64,000 nt of DNA from contig NC_086097.1 in the NCBI RefSeq assembly GCF_963921235.1, forward strand, positions 216,692,001 to 216,756,000. Direction: 5' to 3'. A program made the position numbers and the translations under genes. Source of the stretch: Mobula hypostoma (lineage: Eukaryota). The stretch's first letter is position 1. Each line of letters starts with the position of its first letter. Positions 12,263 through 25,535 of this stretch are shown one piece after another. The notes under the pieces were generated by a model. The model was not told the origin of the DNA and searched no databases. It saw only the letters and a program-made list of their open reading frames with translations.

Positions 12263-14449
12263 AGAATAGACAAATTCACTGCTATTTCACCTTTCAATAA
12301 CATGGATGGGCTTGGTGCAGTGATATCAGCTTCTCAACTTCAGGCTGAATGAAACCCAGAAGGAGATCAGATCCCCACGTTCAGTAATTTAGTCTATTTC
12401 ATTGCTTTGAAAGATGTTGGGTGACTGCACTGAAACTGTACTCCACTACATACAATATTGGAAAAGCAATCAGATTCACATAATTTCCTTGCAATTGAAC
12501 ACTGATTTCATGAAACTTTGCAAACAGTTCAAATAAGCAATGTTATGCCTAATATTCTTAAGCTAATTACTGAATGACACATTTGAGATCTTCAAAGAAT
12601 TTTAACAGTTTCAAAAAGTGTATAAAAGCATCTCAGGCAGTTTCCTCTTGAGCTATTTGACGTAAAGCTCTCGAAATAGTGGAGAATTGAGAGCATGGGA
12701 CTCATTTATTTACTACCGTGATAACAGTATTTAATGATTTGTGCAATTACACTATGTATAGTAAATACATTAAATACAGCTTTTTTCGAGAAAGTAATAA
12801 TCTCAAGGTGGCATCCTGTCATTGATGGTCCATCAGTTGCACAAGCAAAAATGCTGGTGACCAGAACATCCTTCTTTGAAAAATTGCTTAATAACCCAAA
12901 ACACTGACTCCCTTCCGTTTCCAGTTCCCTTGGAAAAAACTCTTGAACCATGCTTTCATCTTTTATGAAGCAAACATAACCAAGAAGTGAAGATTTGTTG
13001 CCTGGCAAAGTTGACTCATTCAACCGCAGAGCAAATTCTGTTGTCCTAAGTACGTAGCACAATGTGTCTGCCACATTCCAGCCTTTGAACAAAGTTGTTG
13101 CTGAGTGGAATCATTTGAAATATTTGGTCTGGTGACTTTTGCAAAATCACTCAGAACCTCCTTTACTGTTGGCAGAATCGGTCCTCCAATTGTCAGGCCT
13201 ACAATAGTGGTACTCCAATTTCCAGAATTAGCAATGAAATATTGTATCACTTTTATTGTGAAGTGCAGGCAAACATGTTTTGAAGTGCTTTCCGTTTCTG
13301 GAAGTTTTTACGAAGTGACTGAAAATAAGCAAAGTTCTTGTTTGCTTTATCAGAGAGTATTCTCTTCAAGTGTTTAAGGAGCCTACGATGGTTTCACGGC
13401 CTCATCTGAAAAAGGTTTTGACACGACATATTGGCTACTGTTGGATGTTTGGTGCTAGTCCAAGTCCATATTTCAAATACTCCACACTATACTGTCTACG
13501 TGCCTTTTTAGTTTGGTCTGCTTCTGCCATTTTTATTATGAATTAACAACCACAGTCAATCACCTATTGTTCAAGTCCAACCTCAAGCATGACAATCAAT
13601 AAAAAGGAAAATTATGATGACATCAGAGCTCAAGCAAAATCTCACTTTCTGCTGAAAGGTATATAAAGTGGGCAGTGCTCTCTCCGTTGGGCTGCGGGCT
13701 AGAGAAATGTGATCAAGACCATTCAAAGGGGCAGATTCTGAACTTTACCCCATTGAATGTCATACCCTGATTCATAGGAATTGTGGTACTGTGTGATTAG
13801 AGTATGGGAATTGCACGAGCTAAGAGCTCTACAGTAATGAATGGCAATAATGCACAGGCCAGGCACAAAAATAACAATTTCTTCAGTCCAGACTTCTCAT
13901 GACATGCCAAGTAGAAGTGTCATATTGCTTTTCAACAACTATAATGCACTTCCAGCAAAGTCTCAAAGAACAGTGGTTTAATAAGGGAGCAGGTAATAAC
14001 GTGATCATTGTAATCAATTACGAGTTACTGAGAGTCAAATGTTTATAATAAGTCATTAATTTCTTAAAGCCTGTAATCTCTCAGCTGCCTCCCTTTCTAC
14101 CAAGCACCCCCTCCCCCACTAACTCCTTTATCTTTATTGCCCCCTTCAAAACTCCCACCACCCCATGGGAAGGGGCAACATTACCCACTTTGGGAACTAC
14201 TGATATAAACTGAGTTCTACAAAGCAACCAACTGATTAGGTCACAATTCTATGAATCTGCAATATCCAGTCACTAGTGGACATAGCGTAGTGCATATGGC
14301 TTTCATGAAATGGCATTTCATGAGTATCTGCTAAGTTCTGTGCCACAATTTTCACTCACCATTCACTAAAATTGGACTAGCCATGTCTTGGGAGCTATTG
14401 GTAATGGCATCTAAATTAACAACCCCATTCTAAGTTATGAAAAGAACCA

Positions 14450-15575
14450 AGTTCAAAGTAAATTTATTATCAAGTACACATACCACCACATACAATCCTA
14501 GATTCATTTTCTTGAGGGCATACTCAATAAATCCATACTAGAATAATAACCATAATAGAATTAATGAAAGTAATTCATTTGTTTCCATAACAACCTGTGA
14601 TGCAGCCAGTTAATATACTCTCCATTACACAGCTATAAAAGTTTTTCCAGTTTTAGATGTCATGCCGAAACTCTGCAAACTCCCAAGATAGTAGAGGTGC
14701 TGCCATGCTTCCTTCGTAATTGCACTTACGTGCTGAATCCATGAATTTAAAGTTGCTGACCCTCTCCTCCTCCGATGAGGAATGACTCATGGACCTCTGG
14801 TTTCCTCCCCCTTAAGTCAATAAATCAGATCTTTGGTCTTGCTGACATTGAGTGAGAGGTACTTAGCCAGATGTTCAATTTCCCTCCTATATGCTGATTT
14901 GTCACCAACTTTGATTTGGCCTACAATAGTGGTATCGTCAGCAACTTGAATATGGCATTGGAGCTGTACTTAGCCACATAGTCATAGGTGTAAAGGGTGT
15001 TGAGCGGGGGGCTAATCACACAGCCTTTTCATACACCTGTGCAGACTGAGATCACGGAGATGCTGTGCCAATCCCAACTGACTGGGTCTGCAAGGGAGGA
15101 AATTGAAGATCCAATTGCACAAGGAGGTATTGAGACCAAGGTCTTGAGCTTTTTAATTAGTTTTGAGGGAATTGTAGCGGTGTGCTACACACAGCGCTAG
15201 AATAACGACACGTAGTCAGTGAGTTGTAGTTGTGAAAAAAAGAGATTTATTCAAACTTTGCTGCCTCCTTTAAAGCCTTCCCATTCCTGCCTTCCCCAGG
15301 AGGGACTGCTGTGGGGAATGCGTATTCGCAGACCCTTCCCGCGCGCAGGTTTTCCCCCTGCTGGTGAAGATGGCCTGGTGCCCTTTTTGGAGCCGGCCTC
15401 TCTGCCGGCACACACCGTTTTGTGAGCCAGTTCGAGTGCGCTGGGAAGTGGGTCGCCACAGAATGATAATATTGAATGTTGAGCTGTAGTTGATAAGATG
15501 CATCCTGATGTATGCATCTTAGGCACCAGTATAATTGAAGCCTACTTGAAGCAGGTAGGTATCTCAGACCGCTGA
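14450..15575 (-). mobile_element. Rex1/Babar-like LINE fragments
   Basis: RT-region remnants (ADDTTIVG-like near 14920-14945) and a 3' tail with aataaa. Similar to the copy at 33330-35100. Confidence 0.7.
15173..15460 (-). mobile_element. Solo LTR (288 bp)
   Basis: tgtagcg...cgccaca inverted ends, 4-bp TSD gaat (15169-15172, 15461-15464), minus-strand AATAAA near 15246-15251. Confidence 0.85.
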
Positions 15576-17237
15576 AGCAAGAGGTTAAAGTACGATATTT
15601 ATAGTACGTAAAGTTTGAAATTTTTGGTAAACACTTACAATACACAATTTTAGGGTTGGTTGCATGCCAACAGGTTTCTTACAATAATAATCTTAAAAAT
15701 ATGCTCTCTTCTGGTAAGATGGCAGCACATGTAGATGTAGTAGCCTCTCAGAGGCTAACCAAAGGTGCTTCTTTCATTGTTAAATGTGTTTTTTTTTAAA
15801 TCATAAGACTATACTGGACTCCAATTACTACAGGTACAGCAGGTCTACCGTAACAGTCAGCTGCTTGTTCGCAGTAGCTGGCCGGGGTGTCATAAAAGCT
15901 GACTGGTGGTTCAGTCAAATTGAGTCATTACAGTTGGAAATGATGATGCACAACAAACCAATCCCCATATTGTTTCAATATGTACAAACACAGTGCAATT
16001 TATCAAGCATAGTGCAATTCTTCATTACAGGCATCAACACTTTCCTTTAAAAATTGACTGTACACATCCAAGTTGGCCAAAGAATCAAGCACCAAAAAGA
16101 CAAAAAAGTGATTTATTGACATTCAAAAATTCCTTCAACTTTACAAGGAAGGAATTACTCAAAAATCTTGAGAAATAGTGATAAACAGAAAAAAACCAAC
16201 ATGCTTTGAAGATTGTTTGCCCAATATAAAATGCTATTCTGATCAACCGCACTGAAGGACTTTGCAGTTATCTTTGTAATATTGCCCCAATCATAGTGTA
16301 AATACAGCTCATCCCAGAGCTAGGTCATACAGAACTAAAAAAAAGTGTCTGAAATGCAATGAGAATTGTTGGCAGAGTGGTCTCTTTCTACATGCTTCAG
16401 TGAATAAGTCAACAACATATGAAAGCTCAGCCTTTGGGCATTTACAAACATAAACAATATCTACACAGCTTCTCAACCATTGTGGTTGGGAGGCCTTGGT
16501 TCAAAATCTAGTTGCTGCAAAATGAAGTTTTCAATTAGCTTGTAAGATTAGGTTCTTTTCCATAGGAAATTTATTGAAGATAAGAAAATTAGAGATGTAG
16601 CTTTAAGTGATGCAGCTTGTCAGGATGCTTTCCACTGTAGGTTGACATGAACCTGGATGTGCAAAGTCCAGCTCTAACACCACCTCAGAAAGCAGAGATA
16701 TTGAAGAGATTTCTTGACCGTGTAGGATGTGTTCTGTGATCCCGAGAGGTTGTGTGATAAGCACTCCCAGGAGTTTAAAATTGCTTGCAGTTTTCTCTGC
16801 TGTGCAGCTGATATATAAGGAGGGGTGAGTGGTACGAGTTCCCCTTAAGTCAATATCCATCTCACTTGTCTTGTTGACTTAAGGGAGAGTTTTTTTGTCT
16901 GGCACCAGGCTTCGAGCCCTCCCACCTCCTCTACATTGGACGTCTCATCGTTGCTGGTGATGAGTCCCACTACTGTGTCACTGATGAACATGACGATGTG
17001 ATTGCTCAGGTGTTTGACTGTGTAGTCATGTGTGAGCAGAGTGTATAGCAGGGGTCGGCAACCTTTTTGCTTCTGTGGGCCGGATCACGTATTAATGAGT
17101 GGACAGTGGGCCAGAAAAATGCCAAAAAACTTGAAACGCAAACAACAGGAATTCTGCAGATGCTGGAAATTCAAGTAACACACATAAAAGTTGCTGGTGA
17201 ACGCAGCAGGCCAGGCAGCATCTCTAGGAAGAGGCGC

Positions 17238-17273
17238 AGTCGACGTTTCAGGCCGAGACCCTTCGTCAGGACT
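17238..17273 (-). ncRNA. Minimal hammerhead ribozyme motif
   Basis: agtc-CUGACGA-agggtctcggcct-GAAACGUC-gact. Confidence 0.75.
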
Positions 17274-17548
17274 AACTGAAGGAAGAGTGAGTAAAGGATT
17301 TGAAAGTTGGAGGGGGAGGGGGAGGGGGAGATCCAAAATGATAGGAGAAGAGAGGAGGGGGAGGGATGGAGCCAAGAGCTGGACAGGTGATAGGCAAAAG
17401 GGATACGAGAGGATCATGGGACAGGAGGTCCGGGAAGAAAGACAAGGCGGGGGGGGACCCAGAGGATGGGCAAGGGGTATATTCAGAGGGACAGAGGGAG
17501 AAAAAGGAGAGTGAGAGAAAGAATGTGTGTATAAAAATAAGTAACAGA

Positions 17549-17995
17549 TTCCCAACCCTCCCCACTGATCTCCTTCCTGGCACTTATCCGTGTAAGCGGA
17601 ACAAGTGCTACACATGCCCTTACACTTCCTCCCTTACCACCATTCAGGGCCCCAAACAGTCCTTCCAGGTGAGGCGACACTTCACCTGTGAGTCGGCTGG
17701 GGTGATATACTGCGTCCGGTGCTCCCGATGTGGCCTCTTATATATTGGCGAGACCCGAAGCAGACTGGGAGACCGCTTTGCTGAACATCTACGCTCTGTC
17801 CGCCAGAGAAAGCAGGATCTCCCAGTGGCCACACATTCTAATTCCACATCCCATTCCCATTCTGGCATGTCTATCCACGGCCTCCTCTACTGTAAAGATG
17901 AAGCCACACTCAGGTTGGAGGAACAACACCTTATATTCCGTCTGGGTAGCCTCCAACCTGATGGCATGAACATCGACTTCTCTAACTTCCGCTAA
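17549..17995 (+). CDS. GIY-YIG endonuclease domain of Penelope-like element (5'-truncated, frame open)
   Basis: GTYPCKRNKCYTC...GVIYCVRCSRCGLLYIGET...RFAEH...EEQHLIFRLGSLQPDGMNID. Confidence 0.85.
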   Translation, partial: FPTLPTDLLPGTYPCKRNKCYTCPYTSSLTTIQGPKQSFQVRRHFTCESAGVIYCVRCSRCGLLYIGETRSRLGDRFAEHLRSVRQRKQDLPVATHSNSTSHSHSGMSIHGLLYCKDEATLRLEEQHLIFRLGSLQPDGMNIDFSNFR

Positions 17996-18281
17996 TGCCC
18001 CACCTCCCCCTCGTACCCCATCTGTTACTTATTTTTATACACACATTCTTTCTCTCACTCTCCTTTTTCTCCCTCTGAATATACCCCTTGCCCATCTTCT
18101 GTGTCCCCCCACCCCTTGTTTTTCTTCCCGGACCTCCTGTCCCATGATCCTCTCGTATCCCTTTTGCCTATCACCTGTCCAGCTGTTGGCTCCATCCTTC
18201 CCCTTCCTGTCTTCTCCTATCATTTTGGATCTCCCCCTCCCCCTCCAACTTTCAAATCCCTTACTCACTCTTCTTTCAGTT

Positions 18282-18317
18282 AGTCCTGACGAAGGGTCTC
18301 GGCCTGAAACATCGACT
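18282..18317 (+). ncRNA. Minimal hammerhead ribozyme motif (AUC variant)
   Basis: agtc-CUGACGA-agggtctcggcct-GAAACAUC-gact. The ACGU palindrome is broken. Confidence 0.6.
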
Positions 18318-19820
18318 GCACCTCTTCCTAGAGATGCTGCCTGGCCTGCTGTGTTCACCAGCAACTTTTATGTGTGTTGCATAAAAACTTGAAATATGGG
18401 AATTATCCAGTTAAATACATCTAGTATGCTTTGCCTCAAATTAATGAATAACGCATGCTAGAAAATCACTTGTGCTTAACCAGGATGCCAATTAGTAATC
18501 AAAGAACTCAGTTTAGTTACAATTTACTTCAATCAAAGCATCTTCTGAATATATTAAAAGGACACAAAGAATCTTTAAACATAAAACATATGAACATGAT
18601 GCATTGAATGGTGGTAAATTAAGTATAATAAAAAAGAAAATGTTAATACAAACAGTCGATAAATCAATGTGAAACTTGATGCTGTTTGTTACTTGAAAGC
18701 TTCTCAATATTGGGTGTCAGACTTGTTGATGCCAAGGGAAAGACATTATCCAGATTTGACAAACTCTCCATCTGTAAAAGGCTTCATCTTTTCTGCAAAA
18801 CATTTTGAGACTTCGTAGCTGGCATGGGTATTTCCTTCATTTTCACTGCTTTTCTTGGCAAAAAATGACGTTTGTTTTCCAAAACTAGCCTTCATTCGCT
18901 CAACTTCATCTTTTCTTGCTTGCCCAGTAAACTTGTTAAAATTTCCACTATGGAGGGTCTTGTAATGTTGCCTGGTATTTGCCACCTTCTTTACAGCAAC
19001 ATTTTCTAGGCAAATAAGACAAACTGGTTTCCCAGCTTGCTCAATGAAGAAGTAATCTAGTGTCCAAGTGACTTGGAAATTTCGGCACTCAGTGTCTACC
19101 TTACTGCATTTTGCATTCGTTGCCATTGGAATCTTTTTCTTCGATTTTATTTCGAAACGTGAGTTATTCAATAAGTATGTAAATATCATGTAAATATCTG
19201 GATATTTAGCGTGGATTCCTTGTTAAAACACAGTGACGCTGTTTCTGTTCACAGATTTGAATGATCCCATCTGAAAACCTGCACGTGCATGGAGAGTATC
19301 TAATACATATTAATAAGGTAGTCTACCTTCCCGTCATTCGTATATACCAGTGTTTGGTTTGGAACAAAACAGAACCTGGGGCCAGTGTAAAAAGACACCA
19401 TGCATGTCCATCAGTGTGGTCGCATCAAACACTCAGATGGGGCGGGGGGAAGGAGACGAGATGAGACGAGACATATATATATATAAATAAAAATAAAAAT
19501 AAAAATAAATCGCTCGCGGCCCAGATAAGCATAGTACCCCAATATTTGCTCGCGGGCCGGATCTGGCCTGCGGGCCCTAGGTTGCCTATCCCTGGTGCAT
19601 AGCAATACGCCCAGCACACAGTCCTGGAATCACCTGTGTCGAAGATGATGGGGAGGGAGGAGTAGTTATTCATCTTGACTAGGAGGTCTGTTTGTTAAAT
19701 TGTCCAACACCCAGTTCGACAGTGGTGTACTTTGACTGAGGAATAAATGTTTGCTCATCAAGATCTGTGGAACAATAGCGTTGAATGCTGAACTGAAATC
19801 CAGAAACAGCATTCTGATAA

Positions 19821-21266
19821 AGAGGAGAAAATCTGCAGATGCTGGAAATCTAAGCAACATACCCAAAATGCTAGAGGAACTCAGCAAGCCAGGCAGCATC
19901 TATGGAAAGGAGTTTAGTCGACGTTGCGGGCCAAGACCCTTCATCAGGACTGGAGGGAAAAAAGCTGAGGAGTCAGTGTTAGAAGATGAGGAGGAAGAAA
20001 CAGAAGGTGATAGGTGAAACCAGGAAGAGAGAGGGATAAAGTAAAGAGCTGAGAAGTCGATTGGAGAAATAGATATAGGGCTGGAAACGGGGAAATCTGA
20101 TAGGACGGAAGGCCATGGAAGAAAGAACAGGGGGAGGAGCACCAGAGGGAGGTGATGAGCAAGTAAGGACATAAGGTAAGAGGGTATGGGGAATAGTGAA
20201 GGGGGGGGGGGAGAATTACCAGAAGTTTGAAAAATCATTGTTCATCCCATCAGGTTGGAGGCTACCCAGACAGAATAGAGGTTGCTCCTCCAACCTGAGT
20301 GTGGCCTCATCGTGACAGAAGAATGAATAAGGGAGTCACGTAGGGAGCAATTCCTGCAGAAAGCAGAAAGTGGGGGTGTGGGGGGGGGAGCTAGGGAAAG
20401 GTGTGCTTGGTGGTGGGATCCCATTGGAGATGGTAGAAGTTACAGAGAATTATGTGCTGGATGCAGAGGCTGGTGGGGTGGTAGGTGAGGACAAGAGGAA
20501 CCCTATCACTGGTGGGGTGGCGAGGGGATGGGCACGAAATGGAAGAGGTGCAGTTGAGGGCAGCATTAAGGGTGGAAGAAGGGAAGCCCCTCTCTTTGGA
20601 GGACATGTTCGTTCTGGAATGTAAAGCCTCATCCTGAGAGCTGATCCAGCAGAGATGGAGGAATTGAGAAGAGATGGCATCCTTACAAGTAACAGGGTGG
20701 GAAGAGGTATAGTTCAGGTAGCTGTGAAAATCAGTGTGTTTATAATAGATATCAGTAGATAAGCTGTCTCTAGAGATAGAAAGAGAGACCAAGTTGGAGG
20801 TAAAGTTGATGATGTAAACAAGCTCCGCATGGGTGCAAGAAGCAGCACCAACGCAGTCGATGTAGCAGAGGAAAATTGAGGGAGTAACACCAGTGTAGGC
20901 TTGGAACACAGACTGTTCCACATAGCCAATAGAAAGGCAGGCATAGCTGGAACCCATGGCTACACCTTTAGTAGGAAGTGGGAGGAGCCAAAGGAGAAAT
21001 AACTGAGAGTGAGGACAAGTTCCACCAGATGGAGGAGAATGGTGGTGGACTGGAACTGGCATCCAGAAAGCAACGGAAAGTTCTGAGGCCTTCCTGGTGG
21101 GGCATGGAGATGTATAGGGACTGGGCAACCATGGTGAAAATAAGATGCTTGGGGCCAGGGAACTTGAAATCATTGAAAAGATCAAGAGCGTGTGAAGTGT
21201 CACAGATGTAGGTTGAAGGGACTGAACCAGAGAGGATAAACCTAAGTCGAGGTATGCAAACATGAG
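19821..21266 (-). mobile_element. Penelope-like element (RT C-terminal half, partial EN, tail)
   Basis: KGVAMGS...TDIYYKHTDFHSYLNYTSSHP...DRVPLVLTYHP in ORF 20391-21335. TSD ttctgataa (19812-19820, 21267-21275). Confidence 0.85.
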
Positions 21267-22918
21267 TTCTGATAAGCATCCTTGTTTTCTAGATGTCAGG
21301 ACCAGCTGCACGACAGATACAATGGCATCTGCCATACAGCAGTTCTGTTGGTAAGCATATTAGTGAGTGTTCAATGAGGCAGGAATGGAGTTTTTGGTAT
21401 ATGCCATTATCAGCTGTTCAAAGCACTTCATGATGACGGGCAGTGTCACCGGACAGTAGTCATTTAGTTCTGAAGGTGTAGAGTCCTTTGGTACAGGGAT
21501 GATGATTGCTGATTTGAAACATGCAAGGTCAGCAGCCTGGATGAATGAAGTGCTGAAGATGTCCGTGATAATGTCAGTGAGCTGGTGTGCACACTTCCTG
21601 AGTACTCTGCCCAGGACGTTGTCTGGCCCGACCGTCATACTCTCTGCAGAGACCTCACTTCTGCTGCTGTTCACAGTGGCTGCTCACCTAGCTTTCATGG
21701 GACATATGCTGAGATATGCACTGCATGTCTCAAAGCGTGGATAAATGTTGTTTATAGTGTCAGGGTGCAGTCAACGCTGTTTTTCCTTGCATCATTCACA
21801 ATGCCCTTGATGCCCAGCCACATATGGCAGTCATAGTTATCGAACAAGTGTTCTTGAACACTCCATTTTATCCCTCTATGAGATCATCATAATAAGTCTA
21901 TGTCTACAACAATAAAAAATATTGAAGTTTCAGACACAATCAGAAATCTCAATTGAAATGTCTTTGTATCAATCTTCAAAATAATATTAACTGAAAACTG
22001 AAACTTGCACTTCTCTACTGCATAGCATAGTTTACCAAATCAGAAATCTTCAGGAACAATCTTCAGACTTCAGAGTTAGTTTAGTCATTACATTATTAAC
22101 AAAATACCCTCAGATCTTCCCCATCAAGTGGGCAGGGTGGATGGCCAAGGCAGAGTATTTCTCCAGCATTTCCTGGGGTGATGTACACTGACTTGTACTG
22201 TTGCTTCTTCACTTCACTGAGTCAAAGTGACAGAAATCACTATCCAGTAGGTTCTTAGGAGTACTTTCTCAAAGTGTAATTTAAAATGGAAAGTTACCTT
22301 GTCAAGTGGATGCAGATATACTCAATAAATGCTGACTCTACTAAAGACATGTACATTTCATTTATCAACAAAATACCCAAGGCAAATGTGTGGGGGACAG
22401 AGGAGGGGTGGAGAAGAGAGAAGAGGGAGAGAGGAAAGAAAGATGAACACAAATACAATGGCAGAGCGTCATGCAAACACGTGTGTATTACAGGTTTGCA
22501 TTATATTACCAGTAAAATACAAATATAATTGATTTATTTCCTATGGACACCCCAGTGTCAAAACAAAGGGGAAAGGATAAAGGGAACTTGATGCATCCAT
22601 ACACAGATGAAATTCATCGCACATTTTATAGTAAAGCATCTGACAAATACTTGCCCACATTTATATTGAAATTTCCTTGTAAACTTATTTGCCAGGCACT
22701 AGCGCCATGGCAGCAACTCCACCTATGAAGTACAATTAAGAATGAAAATCCTGTTGAGAACATTCTCATTATAATTTATGATGGAAAAGATTAAGATGTG
22801 TGCACAGACTCCCTTTAAAATGTACACCAAGCTTTTTACATATGTAAATACTATATATTTTTTATTTACATATATACATATACATACACACACACAAACA
22901 CAAACACTTCAATAGTAC

Positions 22919-22981
22919 CTCCAGGTATCGTTCTTCCCACCCAGATGAAGGGATCCAAAGATTAGAAGAGTTTGTGAAGGT
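22919..22981 (-). other. Candidate 63-nt exon of an unidentified transcript
   Basis: Long pyrimidine tract plus tag acceptor and GAG|gtacta donor in apparently unique sequence. Two frames open. Confidence 0.3.
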
Positions 22982-24239
22982 CTATAAGAAAATTAAAAAA
23001 AGTAGGTAGTACAATAGCAAGCAACCAATGAATTTGTAGCCCCATTATTTTCCCAAATTTTCCTTTCTATAAAAGGAAATTTCAGGTAGCTATACATTTC
23101 AACAGGAACCTTTGATAATGAATTGGCACATTCACATTGATGCATCACAATTACAAAACAACCACCACAAAATATGCCTCTAAAATTCAACCATAACTGA
23201 AACAAATAACTAACTAGCTGAATGATATGTTCCAGAAATCTTTCAAGAGTTCAGCTGATTGACAGTTGCAACTTCAGGCTTCATTTGCACATTTTCTTTG
23301 CTGAAATCTCAACCAATCTGCAGCACGCACTTGATCTCATCCTCCACCTCCTGAGAATCTAACAATCAATATTTAATAGCCAACTGATCAAGGGTTAGGT
23401 CACTTTTAAGTAATGAATGTTAAATACATAATTCACATTTTACAATATTACCAGGACTATATTGTTCACTTATGACTCTTTTGTGGCGGTTATATAACTC
23501 AAACTTAAGTACCTGAATTCTGCTTTCATCCATTATTCCTTATTTCTTCCCACGACTGAACTATTCATCTATTGAGACAGTATGTAAAACACCCCATAAC
23601 GTATCAATGTTTATTTTCTAATTCTACATACTGCTCCTCTTGTTCTAGATCAGATCAACCAATACCCTTTTAATGTCTTGACACACAATTCAAATACATC
23701 TAAAATTATCTCTTTTTTCCCCTTTCATCAGGCAGAATACACAAAAACGAAAACTATCATGCTAGAGTAGCCATATCCTGCTGTTGCAAGACCATTGAAC
23801 AGCCCCAAAACATCAGCTGTACTTTTTCTTCCCCCACCCCCCATAGATGCTGCCTACAGACTTCCTCCAGCATTTTGTGTGTGTTACAACATACAATTTG
23901 CAACAAGAATAATTTAAATGCAACTAGAATCTGACATGGGATTCAAATGAAGTGACTGAAGGGAGTTTATGGCAAGCAAGTACACCATGAAGAATGGATA
24001 ATTTGACTCAAATTAGTGTTCTTGTGCTGTAGGCAACTTTGAAAATGGTTTACATTAATGGCAGTATTCTTACTTGCAGATTTTAGACGGGCAGTACAGA
24101 ACCTTTTGATCTAATTAAACAGTCTGTTCTTTATTTCCACCAATAAAGTCTAGCCATCTGGATTTTCTATTTTGCTCTTTCAGTGTAATAACTACCCACT
24201 ATAATTAACCAACTTAATTTTTTCTTCCATTCTCAATCC

Positions 24240-25535
24240 AGCCATAAGACCATAACACATAGGATCAGAATTAGGCCACTTGACCCTCAAGTTTGTTCCG
24301 CCTTTCAATCATGGCTGATCTTATTTCCCCTTCTCAGCCCCACTCCCCAGCCTTCTCCCCATAACCGTTGATGCCACGTCCAATTAAGAACCTATCAAGC
24401 TCTGCCTTAAATACACCCAATGACCTGATCTCCACAGCTGCCTGTGGTAATAAATTTCACAAATTCGCCACCCTCTGGCTAAAGAAATTTCTCCACATCT
24501 GATTTAAATGGACATCCCTCTATCCTGAGGCAGTGCCCTCTTGTCCTAGACTCCCGCACCAGGGGAAACATCCTTTCCACATATACAGTGTCTAGGCCTT
24601 TTAATATCAATGAGATCCCCCCTCATCCTTCTAAATTCCAGTGAGTACAGACCCAGAGCCATCGAACGCTCCTCATGATAACCCTTTCATTACTAGAAAC
24701 ATTCTTGTGAACTCCTCTAAACCCTCTCCAATGCCAGCATATCTTAGATGAGGAGCCAAAAATTGTTCACAATGCTCGAGGCCTCACCAGTGTCTTATAA
24801 AGCCTCAGCATCACATCCTTGCTCTTGTATTCTAGACCTCTTGAAATGAATGCTAACACTGCATTTGTCTTCCTCACCACGGACTCTACCTGCAAGTTAA
24901 ACTTTAGAATGTTCTGCACAAGGACTCCCAAGTCCCTTTGCATCACAGATATTTTCTCCCCACTTAGAAAATAGTCTGCACATTTATTTCTACTACCAAA
25001 GTGCATAACCATGCATTTTCCAACATTGTATTTCATTTGCCACTTTCTTGCTCATTCTCCTAATCTGTCCAAGTCCTTCTGCATCCTACCCATTTCCTCA
25101 ACACTACCTGCCCCTCCACCAACCTTTGTATCATCTGCAAACTTGGCAACAAAGCCATCTATTTCATCATCTAAATCATTGATATACACCATAAAAAGAA
25201 GTGGTCCCACCACAGACCCCTGCGGAACACCACTAGTCACTGGAAGCCAACCAGAAAAAGATCCTTTTATTCCCACTCGCTGCCTCCTACTAATCAGCCA
25301 ATGCTCTAACCATATTAGTAACTTTCCTGTAATACCATAGGCTCTTTAACTTCGTAAGCAGCCTCATGTGTGGCACCTTGTCAAAGGCCTTCTGAAAGTC
25401 CAAATATACAACTTCCACTGTATCCCTTTTATCTATTCTACATCTAATCTCCTCAAAGAATTCCAACAGGTTTGTCAGGCAAAATTTTCCCTTAAGGAAA
25501 CCATGCTGACTTTGTCGTATCTTGTCCTGTGTCTG
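24240..25535 (-). mobile_element. CR1 LINE, 5'-truncated
   Basis: SQHGFLKGK.CLTNLLEFFE...YLDFQKAFDKVPH; GVPQGSVVGPLLF..YINDLD...KFADDTK; LYKTLVRP; CR1 3' tail. Confidence 0.92.

Larger units (their letters stand above)
8570..14202 (-). mobile_element. hAT/Charlie DNA transposon with nested Academ and Penelope
   Basis: cagtggttcccaaa ... tttgggaactactg TIRs. Perfect 8-bp TSD atataaac (8562-8569, 14203-14210). Decayed transposase at about 12380-13530 (FALRLNEST...LLGYVCFI...CATDG.PSMTG). Confidence 0.9.
17137..18382 (+). mobile_element. Penelope-like element with inverted tail
   Basis: About 17175-17548 is the reverse complement of about 18020-18380. TSD aaaaacttgaaa (17125-17136, 18383-18394). 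Confidence 0.92.
17049..19594 (-). mobile_element. hAT DNA transposon, deletion derivative with GTF2IRD2/EPM2AIP1-like transposase N-terminus
   Basis: caggggtcggcaacc ... ggttgcctatccctg TIRs. TSD gtgtatag / gtgcatag. ORF 18746-19189 (KVDTECRNFQVTWTLDYFF...PVCLIC...KPFTDGEFVK). Confidence 0.9.
16600..21870 (-). mobile_element. Rex1/Babar-like LINE split into three pieces (16600-17048, 19595-19820, 21267-21870)
   Basis: RT motifs (FKSAIIIPVPK...NDYCPVTL..MKCFE; RMLFLDFSSAFN) become colinear once the hAT and Penelope insertions are removed. Confidence 0.75.

Noticed and set aside
17085..17615. Pro/Ser/Leu-rich and Gly/Arg-rich ORFs in Penelope tails (also 27963-28544, 28902-29363, 58826-59287)
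   Set aside because: Low-complexity purine/pyrimidine-skewed tails give spurious open frames on both strands.
18746..19189. Host GTF2IRD2/EPM2AIP1 gene
   Set aside because: Truncated and enclosed by hAT TIRs and a TSD, so it is a transposon remnant.
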